The notes under the pieces were generated by a model. That model did not search any database. It saw nothing but the letters and a program-made list of their open reading frames with translations, and had not been told where the DNA came from. A stretch of 64,000 bases of DNA from IMG/VR virus record IMGVR_UViG_3300022745_000023, positions 1-64,000 of that record; one strand, written 5' to 3'. The position numbers were made by a program, and so were the translations under genes. Every line of letters begins with the position of its first letter. The first letter of the stretch is position 1. Below are positions 16,134 to 25,107 of this stretch, in pieces. This DNA comes from a virus.

Positions 16134-16156
16134 GTCGTGACAAAAGAATGCGAGCA
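16134..16156 (+). promoter_or_regulatory. Late promoter; +1 on the ATG
   Basis: GTCGTGAC-AAA-A-GAA-T, 22 nt before ATG 16156. Confidence 0.8.
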
Positions 16157-17055
16157 TGAATTTGACGCTGGCCCCTGATGATGAGGTTTCGCTGCTGGAT
16201 CGCGTTCCCGCGTTCCTGTCAGTGTCGGACCTGCTGAAAGCTACTCCGGTGACGGAGGGGGATAACCGCTTCGTGTATTTCGAGGCGTCGAATGAGTCTG
16301 TGGATCAGCAAGGCGAAGTGGTGCTCGCCAAGGCCCTTGCGGAGTCCGCCGCCTATTACCTGCAATTCGGCAACCTCGACATTGACCACTACACCCAGAT
16401 TGGCGCGAAGCTGGGCATTCCCAATTACGAACTGTTCGAGATTGGCCGTCCTATCGATGTTCGCTTGGATCGTGGCTCGACCTTCGTAAAGGCGCAGGTC
16501 TATCGTGGCGAAGGGCCGGCTGCTGAACAGGCCAACGGCTTTTGGTCGTCGGTAACGGACCTCTCGCCGCCTAAGCGCTGGTTCCCGTCTGTGGGTGGCA
16601 AGGTTATCTCCAAGGCCATCACCATTGACCCGGCCACCAAGGCGAAGCGCGCCATTATCGAAAAGGTGCGCTGGTCGAATGTCGGCCTGTCGCGTATGCC
16701 GGTTAATGCGAATTTGGCGACCGTTTCAACGGTCCCGTTCGGCGCCCTGACCAAGTCGCTGTGCGCCGAGGGCTTTGATTTCGCGAAAGCGATGGAGGCC
16801 GGTTACGGCACAGACGCGGCAACGCTGTCAGGTGCGGGCGCGCTGCGCCGGCAGTCGCTTGAGCCGAACCTGCTTTCGTATTGGGATTTTCGGGATGGCC
16901 TCGCGGACCTGATCCGCAAGGGCAAGGTCAGTGGGGGAAAGCCTGCTGAATTGGTAAGGGTCGCTCAAGACCACTTCGGCATGTCTCCCGACATTGCCGC
17001 TGCCTCGGTTGAGCGGTTTTTGAGCGATCTTTCGCAACACAGGAGGAAGCAATGA
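16156..17055 (+). CDS. Prohead (capsid maturation) protease
   Basis: EASNESVDQQGE, DIDH, SVGG, PVN motifs; position before scaffold and capsid. Confidence 0.82.
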   Translation: MNLTLAPDDEVSLLDRVPAFLSVSDLLKATPVTEGDNRFVYFEASNESVDQQGEVVLAKALAESAAYYLQFGNLDIDHYTQIGAKLGIPNYELFEIGRPIDVRLDRGSTFVKAQVYRGEGPAAEQANGFWSSVTDLSPPKRWFPSVGGKVISKAITIDPATKAKRAIIEKVRWSNVGLSRMPVNANLATVSTVPFGALTKSLCAEGFDFAKAMEAGYGTDAATLSGAGALRRQSLEPNLLSYWDFRDGLADLIRKGKVSGGKPAELVRVAQDHFGMSPDIAAASVERFLSDLSQHRRKQ

Positions 17056-17702
17056 GTTTTGAGAAGCTGCTGGCGGATTTGGATGCCCTGCATGACTTGC
17101 AGAAGTCCGATCCTGCCGCCGATCTGGGCACGGACGGCAATGATGATGACGCTGGCATCGCGGCTGCGGCTGCTGATGGCGATGATGACCGCTCGGGCGA
17201 AGGTGATGGCGAAGGCGACGCCGGTAATGGCGAAGGCGAAGGTGAGGGCGAAGGTGAAGGCGACAAGGGCAGCATGGCCAAGTCGTTTTCGTTCACGCTG
17301 GAAAATGGCGAAGAAATCGACGCCATCGACGGCACCGAACTGGTGAAGTCGCTGATCGACCGCCTCGACGCCAGCGAAAGCCAGACGCAAAAGGCCATGG
17401 GTTCGATGCTCGACCTCATGAAGTCCATGAGCGCCGAAATCAAGGCGCAGCGCAGCGAAATCGCCCGCATCGGCGCTGCTGGTCGCGGTCGCAAGACTGT
17501 CGTCTCGGTGGCCGAGAAGCCCCAAGCGACCACGCTTGCGAAGTCGGAGCCGGCTGGCCTTTCCGGGCAGGAGTTTATGGCCAAGGCTCTTGACGCGCAG
17601 AAGGTCGGCAAGATCACCGGCCTTGATGTGGCGCGCGCCGAGGCCTCGCTTCTCAAGGGCCTTCCCGTCAATCCCAGCATTGTCAGCCGCGTGCTGTCGT
17701 AA
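17052..17702 (+). CDS. Scaffolding protein
   Basis: Acidic (GE)n tract, coiled coil, repeated hydrophobic-x-K-[SA] sites; lies between protease and capsid. Confidence 0.75.
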   Translation: MSFEKLLADLDALHDLQKSDPAADLGTDGNDDDAGIAAAAADGDDDRSGEGDGEGDAGNGEGEGEGEGEGDKGSMAKSFSFTLENGEEIDAIDGTELVKSLIDRLDASESQTQKAMGSMLDLMKSMSAEIKAQRSEIARIGAAGRGRKTVVSVAEKPQATTLAKSEPAGLSGQEFMAKALDAQKVGKITGLDVARAEASLLKGLPVNPSIVSRVLS

Positions 17703-17737
17703 GCGCATCCACAGCCTCTTTTTGAAGGAAAAAGACC

Positions 17738-19189
17738 ATGTTGAATCCGAATATGTTGCCGAATGCGCTGGGCGGCCAGACCGTGACCGGCGAAATGTCG
17801 ATGGCCGAAGTGGGCGAACTGCAAAAGGCGATGGAGGCCGGCTACGGCTCGGACGTCTCGCAGTTGACCGGCGCGGGCGCGCTTCGCATCCAGTCGCTCG
17901 AAAAGACGATGCTCTCGACCATTCAGGAGAACAAGCACTTTGCTCTGTTCAACGAACTGGCCAAGACCAACGCGACGGCGACCGTCGATGAATGGACCGA
18001 ACAGTCGGGCATCGGTGGCTTCCTCGGTGGCTCGACCAACACCGAAACCGGCACGATCCAGAACGCGCAGGGGCAATACAACCGCCGGGTCGGCATGGTG
18101 AAGTTCCTGATGACTCGCCGTGAAATCAGCTTCGTGGCGACGTTGCAGAATGCCATCGTTGAGGCGGAAGCCGTGGAAGCGCAGAACGGCGCTTTGCAGC
18201 TTCTCACCGATGCCGAGTTCCTGTGCTTCGAGGGCGACTCGACCGTGGTCCCCACCGAATTTGACGGCATTGCCACGCAGATCGAAACGCTGAACGGCGG
18301 TGACCACATCATCGACGCGGGCGGCCTGCCGCTGAACAGCATCGATATGGTGGACCGGGCGGCGGCGCAGATTGCCGGCTTCGGCAACTTCGGTACGCCG
18401 ACGCACATTTTCACCAGCCAGCTTGTCCAGTCGGACTTCAACACCAATCTCGACCCGGCTTTCCGCGTTGCGCTGACCGGCCAGTCGAATGAAGTCGCTC
18501 TGGGCGCTCCGGTGAAGGGTATCAGCACTTCGTGGGGCGATATCAAGAACGTCCCCGATGTGTTCATTCGCGATGAGCGCCAGATGATGCCGTTCGAGGT
18601 CGATTACCCGGCTGTCGCCGCCGCCAATGCCTCCATGGCTCCGGCCAGCGTCACCACGGCGCACGGCTCCGATGCCGCCTCGAAGTTCGCTGCCGGTCAG
18701 GCTGGCAACTACTACTATGCCGTGGCGTCGGTTAGCGCCGCCGGCCAGTCGCCTGTTGTGGTGACCGGGCAGGTGGCCGTGTCGGCTGGCGACAAGGTCA
18801 CGCTGACCATCACCAAGTCGGCTGTGTCGAGTGAAACGGGCTATGCGATCTATCGCGGTCGCCTGAATGGCACCAATGACCTCACTGACCTGCGTTTGGT
18901 CTGCCGTATCCCGCGCAACTTCGGCGGCAACACCACGACCTATGTGGATTACAACCGCAAGATCCCCGGCACGACCAAGGCGTACATCATGAACATGGCG
19001 CCGGGCGCGCAGGCGATCACATGGCGCCAAATGCTCCCGATGACCAAGTTCCCGCTGTACCCGACTGCTTCGGCTGTCGTGCCGTGGGCGCAGCTTCTTT
19101 TCGGCTACCTCCGCATCGGCAAGCGCAAGCACCACGTGGTGATCGAAAATGTCGTCGCGTCAGGTCAAAGCTGGAAGCCCTTCGGGTGA
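17738..19189 (+). CDS. Major capsid protein (Herelleviridae/Twort-like type)
   Basis: KA..AGYG.D....GAGALR.QSL N-arm, EFLCFEGDS, EFDGI. Confidence 0.9.
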   Translation: MLNPNMLPNALGGQTVTGEMSMAEVGELQKAMEAGYGSDVSQLTGAGALRIQSLEKTMLSTIQENKHFALFNELAKTNATATVDEWTEQSGIGGFLGGSTNTETGTIQNAQGQYNRRVGMVKFLMTRREISFVATLQNAIVEAEAVEAQNGALQLLTDAEFLCFEGDSTVVPTEFDGIATQIETLNGGDHIIDAGGLPLNSIDMVDRAAAQIAGFGNFGTPTHIFTSQLVQSDFNTNLDPAFRVALTGQSNEVALGAPVKGISTSWGDIKNVPDVFIRDERQMMPFEVDYPAVAAANASMAPASVTTAHGSDAASKFAAGQAGNYYYAVASVSAAGQSPVVVTGQVAVSAGDKVTLTITKSAVSSETGYAIYRGRLNGTNDLTDLRLVCRIPRNFGGNTTTYVDYNRKIPGTTKAYIMNMAPGAQAITWRQMLPMTKFPLYPTASAVVPWAQLLFGYLRIGKRKHHVVIENVVASGQSWKPFG

Positions 19190-19205
19190 TCTGCTAAAAC
19201 GGTTT

Positions 19206-19286
19206 AAGGGATAGCGTCGGCTTAATTACCCGATGCGACAAGGGCGGCGAATCCCACGCCGCCCTTCCCTTATGTGAAGTGGGGTT
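19206..19286 (+). ncRNA. Structured 5' leader (three-way junction plus possible pseudoknot) of the homing endonuclease gene
   Basis: P1 19206-11/19266-71, P2 19214-20/19230-36, P3 19241-49/19257-65; loop complementary to 19279-86. Confidence 0.5.
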
Positions 19287-19301
19287 CCGGGGGATCGGAA
19301 C

Positions 19302-20231
19302 ATGAAGCAAGCAAGAAAAAAGTGGACCTTTGAGGAAATCGCTGCTGAGGCGGCGAAGTTCGATTCTAGGGCTGCATTCGCTAGTGAAAGCAACAGGGCC
19401 TACAACGCGGCTTGGAGGCAAGGCATCCTCGACCAAGTGTGCGGTCACATGGAAGTCTCTCCGATCTATTCCCAAAAGCGATGGGATCGAGAGTCCGTCT
19501 TTGCCGAGGCTTTGAAGTTCAATAGCCGTGCTGAGTTCAAGCGCGAGAATAGCGGCGCTTACTGCTTTGCGATCAACAACGGCTTTCTCGATGCCTGTTG
19601 TAAGCACATGAACGAAGGGCAAATCTGGAAAAAGGACCGGATTCTAAAGGTCGCCAAACAATTCCGCAATCCAGCGTCATTTAAAAAATCGTATCCGGGG
19701 GCGTACAAGGCAGCCCGTTTACTTGGCATTCTTGATGAATCCTGCGCCCACATGTCCAAGAAGCGCGAATGGACCAAGGAGGAAGTTCTCAGGACTGCGC
19801 GCGGGTACGACACGATATCAAAGTTCAAAATGGCTGTTAATGGCGCATATAAGCATGCGCTCAACAACGGGTATGCGGATGAGGTATTCGCCCACATGGA
19901 TGGGGGCGAGGGAGGCTTTTCACCAACAAAGCCCGCGCTGCTTTACTCCCTGAAAGTGACGCTTCCTGACGGGGGTAAACTTTTCAAGGTTGGGATCACA
20001 GGTCGTGACACTAGCCTAAGAATTGTCGGGATGGGTGCCTATCCGGGCGTCCGCATCACTATCTTGCGGGAGGTCTGCTTCAATAAGGGCCGTGATGCTA
20101 GGGCGATGGAGAAAGCGATCCACGTGAAGTTCCGAGATAGCAAGTATCGGGGTGAGCCTGTAATGAAGAATGGCAACACTGAACTTTTCACGGAAAACGT
20201 TCTCGATCTTTTCCGCTTAATGGAGGTTTGA
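19302..20231 (+). CDS. Free-standing homing-endonuclease-like protein (helical repeats plus GIY-YIG/T5orf172-like domain)
   Basis: Four KW....A..F...F....GAY..A repeats; LY..K..FKVGIT..R..E..H..NGNTELF; lower GC. Confidence 0.8.
   Translation: MKQARKKWTFEEIAAEAAKFDSRAAFASESNRAYNAAWRQGILDQVCGHMEVSPIYSQKRWDRESVFAEALKFNSRAEFKRENSGAYCFAINNGFLDACCKHMNEGQIWKKDRILKVAKQFRNPASFKKSYPGAYKAARLLGILDESCAHMSKKREWTKEEVLRTARGYDTISKFKMAVNGAYKHALNNGYADEVFAHMDGGEGGFSPTKPALLYSLKVTLPDGGKLFKVGITGRDTSLRIVGMGAYPGVRITILREVCFNKGRDARAMEKAIHVKFRDSKYRGEPVMKNGNTELFTENVLDLFRLMEV
20002..20024 (+). promoter_or_regulatory. Late-promoter motif inside the endonuclease gene
   Basis: GTCGTGAC-ACT-A-GCC-T. Confidence 0.5.
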
Positions 20232-20537
20232 ATGCCCCTTTCGACTAAAGTTCTCCGCCGCCTTGCCGTCGCTCTCGGCAACAAGGCTGCTGCGGACGCC
20301 ATCGCCGCCGCAATCGACGCGCAGGGTTCCGGCCCGGCTGCCAAGGTTACGGCCATCGGCACCACTGCGGCCCTTCCTGCTGCTGCCTGTGCCGGTGGTG
20401 CAACGCCTGCCGCAACCGACGTCAACACGGCCATCAACACCGTCACGGCTGCTGCCGAAGCCCGCCTCGATGGTGTCGAAGGCAAGGTGGACGCGATCAT
20501 CGCTGCCCTCAAGGGCGCGAACCTGATGACGTCGTAA
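20232..20537 (+). CDS. Head fibre/decoration-like protein
   Basis: Ala-rich, ends KVDAIIAALKGANLM. Confidence 0.7.
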   Translation: MPLSTKVLRRLAVALGNKAAADAIAAAIDAQGSGPAAKVTAIGTTAALPAAACAGGATPAATDVNTAINTVTAAAEARLDGVEGKVDAIIAALKGANLMTS

Positions 20538-20566
20538 CGGCGGCGTCTGACTGCTGAAATGTATCT

Positions 20567-20596
20567 CCGGGGAAGCCAGCCTTCCCCGGTTCTTTT
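20567..20596 (+). terminator. Intrinsic terminator
   Basis: CCGGGGAAG-CCAGC-CTTCCCCGG-TTCTTTT. Confidence 0.75.
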
Positions 20597-20612
20597 ATGG
20601 GGAGAAAAACCA

Positions 20613-20942
20613 ATGCCCTACGTCATTTGCTCCATTCGCACCGCTGTCGAAGCCGCTCCGCTCACGATCAGCGACATTGCTTTCGAGCGCGACGGTGAGG
20701 TCATCGTCTCGGTCGATCCGGTCGATGATGTCGAAGCAGAGCGCTTTGCGTCGATTCCCGGCTATGAACTGTCGGACGTGAAGCCTTCTGATGCGCCCGA
20801 AACGCCTGCCGAAAAGCCTGCCGAAAAGCGCCGTGGCGGTCGCCCGCCGAGGAATCCCGCTGCCACCGAAGCCGGGTCGAATGAGGGCGAGAACGCTGGC
20901 GAAGGTTCGGAAAAGCAGCCCGAAGGTAGCGAGCAGGTGTAA
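20613..20942 (+). CDS. Small head-associated hypothetical protein
   Basis: GGAG RBS, start MPYVIC. Confidence 0.7.
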   Translation: MPYVICSIRTAVEAAPLTISDIAFERDGEVIVSVDPVDDVEAERFASIPGYELSDVKPSDAPETPAEKPAEKRRGGRPPRNPAATEAGSNEGENAGEGSEKQPEGSEQV

Positions 20943-20970
20943 GCCTTTCCGTCTCATCTTTCTTCTCTGG

Positions 20971-21019
20971 GGTCGTGACACCACCATGCCGTTGATGGCT
21001 GGGGTGTCACGGCCTTTTT
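20971..21019 (+). terminator. Terminator hairpin whose 5' arm contains a late promoter (20972)
   Basis: GGTCGTGACACC...GGTGTCACGGCC-TTTTT. Confidence 0.65.
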
Positions 21020-21037
21020 GTAGGGCAAGGTCTAAAG

Positions 21038-21781
21038 ATGAGCTTTTTGAGCAGGATTTTCGCCGCCGTCAGGGACCAGATTATTTGGGCTGGGTTCGAC
21101 TTGCAGCGCCCGGACGGGGCTGCCGCTCAGGCGGTTGTTCTGATCGACCCAAGCACCAATGACGCTTATTCGGCGGCAAGTTCCGCGCAGAACAAGAACC
21201 GCTTGGCGGTTGCCACGTCTTACGTGGTCGTCACGAACTTTCTTGGCGCTGCTGCCGGGGACGTTCTGACCTGCACGCAGATCATCGATGCGTCGGGCGA
21301 TACGCCGACCACGCTTGCGACCGTCTGGCGCAATCAGACCACGAACCTCGATCTCGCCAACGCTCCGGACGCGGCGAACATTCAGGTACTGGGCTCGGGC
21401 GCTATCACTGACGCGCAGCTTCGCGCCTCGGCGGTTCCCGTGACCATCACTTCTGCTGCCGAGGTTGAGGTCAAAAATGACGGCGGTTCTCCGCTGCCCG
21501 TTCTGTCCGTTTCGCTCAATTACACCGACAAGTCGGTATCGGCGCTTTCCAGTGCGCAGGCTGCCGGGACAAGCGCAGTGATCGGCGTCAACGCGGCACG
21601 CAAGGCGGTGGTGTTCAACCCTCCCGTTGACTGCACGCTGTCCATTGGGAGCGGCGTGGCGACCGGCATTCCGCTCTACGCGAACATCCCCAACGTCTTT
21701 GTCGGCCCCGAGTGCCCGTCGAACGCCCTGTTTATCGCTGGCCTGTCTGCGGGCCAGTCTGTCGTGATCTGGGAGGCTTGA
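21038..21781 (+). CDS. Virion structural protein (beta-rich)
   Basis: Late operon; A/T/V-rich. Confidence 0.7.
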   Translation: MSFLSRIFAAVRDQIIWAGFDLQRPDGAAAQAVVLIDPSTNDAYSAASSAQNKNRLAVATSYVVVTNFLGAAAGDVLTCTQIIDASGDTPTTLATVWRNQTTNLDLANAPDAANIQVLGSGAITDAQLRASAVPVTITSAAEVEVKNDGGSPLPVLSVSLNYTDKSVSALSSAQAAGTSAVIGVNAARKAVVFNPPVDCTLSIGSGVATGIPLYANIPNVFVGPECPSNALFIAGLSAGQSVVIWEA

Positions 21782-21784
21782 GCA

Positions 21785-24700
21785 ATGTCGATCCGCAATT
21801 TTGCTGCTGCGATCCGCGCTCAGAAAGTCGCCGCTGATGCATCTTCTGCTGCGGCTTCTTCTGCTGCCACTGCCGCTGGTGCTGCCACCGCCGCCACGCA
21901 GGCCAAGAATGATTCACTGACTGCCTCGCAAGCTGCTGCTACCAGTGCCACAAATGCCTCTGCCAGTGCGTCGACGGCAGCAACCAGCGCCACTAGTGCC
22001 AGCGCCAGCGCGGGCAATGCCTCTGCCAGTGCGACCGCAGCAAGCGGCAGCGCAACCAGCGCCGCTAACTCCGCCGCCACTGCCACCACACAGGCGACAA
22101 ACGCATCGTCCAGCGCCACAAACGCCGCTACCAGTGGGACTAATGCGGCTGCCAGCGCGACAACCGCAACCACGCAAGCAACTAGCGCGGCGACTAGCGC
22201 AACCAACGCAGCGACCAGCGCTACCACTGCCACCACGCAAGCGACCAACGCCGCCACCAGTGCCACAAATGCCGCAACCAGCGCCGCACAGGCCCTGCAA
22301 GCAGCCACGCAGTCGCAGGGCTTTGCCAACACGCTCAACACCAACCCGACTGTTCTGCCGTTTGAAGTGACCGCGATCAGCGGCGGCGTCGGCACTGGCA
22401 CTGGCGGCACGGACGGTACTTATAACCTTGGCGTCACGGGTGGTCCTGCGGGATTTCAGGCCACGGTTATGATCAGTGGCGGCAAGATCGCTTCCTACGC
22501 CATCATCAATCCCGGCATTTCGGCCAGCAACACTGCGCCTACGCTTTCGCTTTCGGGCGTGACGGGCCTGACCGGTGCGACCACGCCGACCGCAACCGTG
22601 GGCACGATCCCGGTCAACCGCGTATTCACCGCGCCCGATGCGACCGGCACCTATGAACTGGCATGGATCAACAACGCCGGATCGCTTTCGCAGTTTCCGA
22701 CGACCGGGACGCAATTCCAGAAGTATTACAAAGCTTCAATTGACGCGCTTTTTTCCAATCTGAACAGCACGGAAACGATTGGGCGTTCTGTCAACCCGAT
22801 TTCCGGTTTTTCAACGACGACTGGCACTTATGCTTTTGCCAATGCCATCGCGCTAAACGGCACGATCACGGCCATCCGTGTTTACGGCTTTGGTTCGGGC
22901 ACGATTAAGGTGCGCCGCTTCACACTTTCCGGCACGACGATGACGCAAGTCGGCAGCGACACGAATGTAGCGATTTCTGTCGGGCTGAACACGTATTCTG
23001 TCAACATCGCGGTCAATGCTGGGGAGTATATCGGCTTTTATACCCCTGCAAGCTGCATTGGGTATACCAGTACCACCGGAGACAGCGGCGGATATTATTT
23101 CAGTTCCTCCGACAGCACAAGCTACAATGATACGTCTGGTCCGCGCACTGCGGCTCGGCTTGAAATCGGGTTTGACCTGACTGAACCCTACGTCACAAAA
23201 ACCCGCATTCAGGGCATTGAGAGCAATGTCACCACAGCTCAAGCAGGCGCAACCAGTGCTAACGCAGGGCTTGGCGATCTAGGCAATGCGTCTTCGATCA
23301 CGGTCGAAGACCACGCAGCGACGACGCAGTTTGCTAGCACCGCATTTGGGGGCTGGTCTGGCGCGGTGCTGCTTTCAAGCGCGGCGGTCGGAACGGTTAT
23401 CAAGCGAATTGGGTTTGACAACTTTTACGTTGATGCAACTGCCACCAAGGTCAATCTGAAAATTTACTTGCGGCCTGATGCGGAAACAAACGCACCGCCA
23501 ACCAACTGCACGCTCGTGTTCAGTCAAGATTACGCGTTGGCCGCGCTCGGGCTAACTGCCGGGTCAACAAACCGCCAAACGATCCTTTGCCAGTTTCCGT
23601 CTAATTTCACCAAAACGGCAGGCTATCACCTAGCGTTTGAGTTGCAAGCGCAGAACGGAAGTAGCGCCAAGGTTGCCTCGTCGATTGGTTATCTGTCAGA
23701 TACCACTTCCACAGCTTCAGAACGTGGTTGGTATTACGGCACGACCAGTACCAGCACTTACACGGCAATTGCATCGCCTAACCGAATTGCGGTTCGCGTT
23801 GCTCGCGATGGTTACGTGCCGTTCAATAAAACGGACCTTCTCGCTTCGGCCAGTTCAACTGTAACGGTTTCGGGCAATCAGGTCACGGTATCCGGCACGC
23901 TTCGCAAGAACGGTGTGGATTACCCCTATTCTGGCACGACAACGCTAACACTCGCCGCTTCTGGCACTGAGCGCATGGACAAGCTGGTTTTGGCACGGTC
24001 CACGCTGGCCCTCAGCGCGGTTGCCGGCAGTCAGCGCACGGCGCAATTGGACTCGCTTGAATGGCAGGGCGCAACCCCGGCTGATAGCATTGTTGTCGCT
24101 CGCGCAAGGGTGGGCAATACGAATGTCCAAGCCGCAAGCTGCGCCAACTTCCGGGGTCTGATCAAGGTCGGAACCGAGGGCGAAATGGCCATGCAGATCG
24201 ACCGCAACAGGCGTATCCTGCGCGGTCTGATCGGTAAGGCAACGCGCGGGGGAACAATCAAGCTGGGCGGATACGGCGACAGTATCACTGCAATCCAATC
24301 GTCAACCCCGCCCTATACCGCGAACGGCACCATGCGGGATCGCGGCCTGACGTTCTTGGCAAATTATCCTGCCGACACTCAGGCTTTGCTCACGCTGTAC
24401 GACACCGGAGACGGTGCTGGCGCGGTTCACACCCGGCTTGGCTGGAACTGGATCATCAAGTCCGCGCTTGAAAAGCTAGGTGGCACGGTCACGTACAACA
24501 ACTATGGCATCGGCGGGACGACCAGCCAAAATACGACAGACAACGGTTTGTATGCGTCTCGGATTGCGGTTCCGCTGGCTGATGCGCTCGATGTGGTAGT
24601 GATCGCATTTGGCATGAATGAACGGGGCCAGTCCTACACTTACGCAAACATCGTCAACATGATTGGCCAGTTTCAGGCGGTGGGCACGGCCTGCATTGTC

Positions 24701-24964
24701 ATGGGATGCACGAGGCCCAACGCCAACCAGTCGGTGTCAGCTTGGCGCTACACCAATGATGCGCTTGAAACTGCGGCGATGGATGCTGGCGCGGCATACG
24801 TTTCGACTGTGGCCATTTCCGACGACCGTAATCTCGGTGGGATCGGTGTGCCCGCCGAAGCTCTTGCCTCTGCCAATACGATCAGCGGCGGCAACAACCA
24901 CCCCGGCATCTATGAACTAACCCAATACGGCAACTCTGCTGTGATCCAGTTGGGCTTGGTCTGA
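21785..24964 (+). CDS. Virion fibre/appendage protein with A/T/S coiled stalk and C-terminal SGNH hydrolase
   Basis: ATTATTQATNAATS repeats; GDSIT, NYGIGG, FGMNE, NHP blocks. Confidence 0.8.
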   Translation: MSIRNFAAAIRAQKVAADASSAAASSAATAAGAATAATQAKNDSLTASQAAATSATNASASASTAATSATSASASAGNASASATAASGSATSAANSAATATTQATNASSSATNAATSGTNAAASATTATTQATSAATSATNAATSATTATTQATNAATSATNAATSAAQALQAATQSQGFANTLNTNPTVLPFEVTAISGGVGTGTGGTDGTYNLGVTGGPAGFQATVMISGGKIASYAIINPGISASNTAPTLSLSGVTGLTGATTPTATVGTIPVNRVFTAPDATGTYELAWINNAGSLSQFPTTGTQFQKYYKASIDALFSNLNSTETIGRSVNPISGFSTTTGTYAFANAIALNGTITAIRVYGFGSGTIKVRRFTLSGTTMTQVGSDTNVAISVGLNTYSVNIAVNAGEYIGFYTPASCIGYTSTTGDSGGYYFSSSDSTSYNDTSGPRTAARLEIGFDLTEPYVTKTRIQGIESNVTTAQAGATSANAGLGDLGNASSITVEDHAATTQFASTAFGGWSGAVLLSSAAVGTVIKRIGFDNFYVDATATKVNLKIYLRPDAETNAPPTNCTLVFSQDYALAALGLTAGSTNRQTILCQFPSNFTKTAGYHLAFELQAQNGSSAKVASSIGYLSDTTSTASERGWYYGTTSTSTYTAIASPNRIAVRVARDGYVPFNKTDLLASASSTVTVSGNQVTVSGTLRKNGVDYPYSGTTTLTLAASGTERMDKLVLARSTLALSAVAGSQRTAQLDSLEWQGATPADSIVVARARVGNTNVQAASCANFRGLIKVGTEGEMAMQIDRNRRILRGLIGKATRGGTIKLGGYGDSITAIQSSTPPYTANGTMRDRGLTFLANYPADTQALLTLYDTGDGAGAVHTRLGWNWIIKSALEKLGGTVTYNNYGIGGTTSQNTTDNGLYASRIAVPLADALDVVVIAFGMNERGQSYTYANIVNMIGQFQAVGTACIVMGCTRPNANQSVSAWRYTNDALETAAMDAGAAYVSTVAISDDRNLGGIGVPAEALASANTISGGNNHPGIYELTQYGNSAVIQLGLV

Positions 24965-25061
24965 TGAACGCGCCCAACCACATAGACCCGAGCCGCGACA
25001 TGGGGCGTATGGAGGCCGGTCGTGTTGCTGGTGGCTTGATGATTAGGGTTGTCACTTCTCA

Positions 25062-25107
25062 GTCGTGATGGAACATTCCGGTCACCAACTGCACGGTGAC
25101 CGGAATG
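25062..25107 (+). promoter_or_regulatory. Late promoter (GTCGTGAT variant) plus perfect 13-bp hairpin over the ATG
   Basis: CATTCCGGTCACC / GGTGACCGGAATG. Confidence 0.72.

Noticed and set aside
16112-16151. Inverted repeat around the protease promoter as a translation-gating hairpin
   Set aside because: It does not cover the ATG and no + strand read-through is expected at this divergent locus; role unclear.
19190-20231. Group I intron or intein in the capsid gene
   Set aside because: The capsid ORF ends normally before the insert and no group I core is recognisable; the endonuclease is free-standing.
21770-21790. Other GTCGTGA hits (21770, 29821, 44668, 62154) as late promoters
   Set aside because: They lack the C/T-N3-A-N3-T continuation shared by the accepted sites.
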